DNA from: Spirochaetota bacterium
GTDB lineage: Bacteria > Spirochaetota > UBA4802 > UBA5550
DNA length: 64,000 bases
NCBI GenBank assembly: GCA_963663865.1
Contig: OY760686.1
Coordinates: 2,944,001 to 3,008,000, forward strand
Direction: 5' to 3'
Positions 62,617 through 64,000 of the stretch are shown in pieces. Numbering within the stretch: position 1 is the first letter of the stretch; every line of letters begins with the position of its first letter. The position numbers and the translations under genes are program-made. The notes under the pieces are model-generated. The model was not told where the DNA came from. It worked only from the letters and a program-made list of their open reading frames with translations, and did no database searches.

Positions 62617-63327
62617 TCAATTCACATCGAGCCCGTCGAAGTTAATCTCAGATACGGCCGTATCCTTCCAGCGCTTTCCCTCATACACTTCGGCGATCTC
62701 AAATCTCAGCTTCAGGGACACCCCCTCCCGGTCTGAACCCTGAGGGCCAATAGCGAAAACCTGCGGACCGGTAACGTCCTTAAGCGAAAGAAAGGAATGC
62801 AGGCTGCCGTTCACGTACAGCTTAAATATCTTCACCCTGGAGTTGTCCTCCCATGTCTTCCTGTTAAGCTGAAATCCGTTGTATATTATGACCCTGTTAA
62901 CCCGAGGAGATTTCGGCGGAAAGGAATACTCGATGAACTGGCCGATTCCGTAGTCCTTTCTACCTTCGACCCATGCTGTTTTCATGTCGAAATCATGGGC
63001 CTTTGCCGGTTCGTATGAGTACTTTCCCTGAGCCGGCAGAAACGATGAGGCCTCTGTCTTCAGCGGGCCTCCAGCATTGTACCAGCTGCTTCCGTTTGTT
63101 ACTGTTTCATAAGGCCCCTGTATCTCGTACTTAAAGAAAAGCTCCTTCTCGGCAGGGGTCATATTCGCGAACCCCTTCGCCAGAATTGAGTCAACCCTCT
63201 CAAGCTCCGCAAAATTTACGGGCTGAAGACCGAACGGCTTCAGAAGAGGAACATCTCCGCCCAAAAGAATTGCCGGTATTATCGTCACAAAAAAAGATAC
63301 CACAATATACTTCATTTTTGATTTCAT
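62617..63327 (-). CDS. exported protein with discoidin-like/NADase-type glycan-binding domain
   Basis: D...TAWVEG...GIG, IYNG...NSRVK, DTAVSEI. Confidence 0.75.
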   Translation of the reverse strand: MKSKMKYIVVSFFVTIIPAILLGGDVPLLKPFGLQPVNFAELERVDSILAKGFANMTPAEKELFFKYEIQGPYETVTNGSSWYNAGGPLKTEASSFLPAQGKYSYEPAKAHDFDMKTAWVEGRKDYGIGQFIEYSFPPKSPRVNRVIIYNGFQLNRKTWEDNSRVKIFKLYVNGSLHSFLSLKDVTGPQVFAIGPQGSDREGVSLKLRFEIAEVYEGKRWKDTAVSEINFDGLDVN

Positions 63328-63391
63328 TGTTCTGTTCCCCCACCATGGATTTGGTCCGCGATAAACAGCGGTCAAATTACTTCGATTTATT

Positions 63392-64000
63392 CTACAGCCA
63401 GACGGTCAAACCAGCCTGAAATCCGCTCAAACGCGAATCAATTGAATCGGAATAAAGCGCCCTGTAACCGGCAAAAATTTCAAGCCTGTTAAACATCACC
63501 CCCAAGCGTACATCAGTTTCATTGTAGGTTATATTGCTGAATCCAATCACACCCTGTTTCAATGTCAAAACAAGCGGCTTCACAGGATAGATACGGAGTT
63601 TTACTCCCACAGTATAGCCATCCTTATGCATCATATCTCTCATGCCTGCCCATCCGCCGTAAACGTCCGGAGAAAAATAATCGAACTGGCAGATTGAAAT
63701 ATTCAGACCTGCAGTAAAAAGAAAGAGGTTTCCATCTGAATCATTACAACCTCGCGCTTCAAGCTCCGGACCAATAAAGCTGTAAAACTTTCCGCTTAAT
63801 CCGGCATATCCGCAGTTAACACTGTCACCAGCGTAATGAAAGCCAAGCGAAAGGGCGTAGTAAAACGGATAAACTTCATCCGGCATCTTCTTCCGATCGG
63901 TAAAAAGTTTATCCATGAAATCTGGTGAGTCATCTTCCGCTATGACCTGTTCGGTTGTGTCGACCGGTGGCCTCATCAGATATACAAAATTATGATCATT
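63392..64000 (-). CDS. outer-membrane beta-barrel-like protein (5' end beyond window)
   Basis: Frame open to the window edge; amphipathic strands; ends GLTVWL. Confidence 0.65.
   Translation of the reverse strand, partial: NDHNFVYLMRPPVDTTEQVIAEDDSPDFMDKLFTDRKKMPDEVYPFYYALSLGFHYAGDSVNCGYAGLSGKFYSFIGPELEARGCNDSDGNLFLFTAGLNISICQFDYFSPDVYGGWAGMRDMMHKDGYTVGVKLRIYPVKPLVLTLKQGVIGFSNITYNETDVRLGVMFNRLEIFAGYRALYSDSIDSRLSGFQAGLTVWL

Noticed and set aside
887-63419. Many short antisense or overlapping ORFs in the six-frame track (e.g. 43045..43605, 49005..49595, 50596..51207)
   Set aside because: Shadow ORFs of well-supported genes; no recognisable motifs
1-64000. CRISPR arrays, IS/prophage/integron elements, rRNA/tRNA/SRP/tmRNA
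   Set aside because: No repeat-spacer periodicity, transposase/integrase ORF or RNA-gene signature found by eye; short diverged elements could have been missed

Overview
Chromosomal window from a spirochete (Spirochaetota). Evidence for the assignment: FlaB-type flagellin starting MIINHN, an FlcA-like collar TPR protein, and a bactofilin-yaaR-holB-ricT-metG block. The sensory [FeFe]-hydrogenase and IOR suggest an anaerobe. Most genes are housekeeping or envelope genes (psd, PBP1A, valS, parAB, metG, dapL, paaK-ACT-iorAB, three hsp20). I saw no rRNA, tRNA, CRISPR array, phage or IS. Clear regulatory signals are a CsrA-type hairpin before flaB, a CzrA/SmtB operator, a perfect CIRCE inside a 20-bp inverted repeat, and several terminators. 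Best leads: (1) a compact operon of a papain/C39-like peptidase, an RLAN-RimK ATP-grasp ligase and a GCS2-type amide ligase (59.0-62.5 kb), probably making an unknown glutamyl peptide; (2) two apparent pseudoenzymes, a GH3 lipoprotein lacking its nucleophile Asp and a penicillin-acylase homolog lacking its Ntn Ser; (3) a Fur-linked OprC-like TonB receptor with a rewired metal site; (4) a [FeFe]-hydrogenase-chemoreceptor fusion; (5) an exported YidD-like protein with two TPR membrane proteins. All annotations come from motif recognition by eye; no searches were run.
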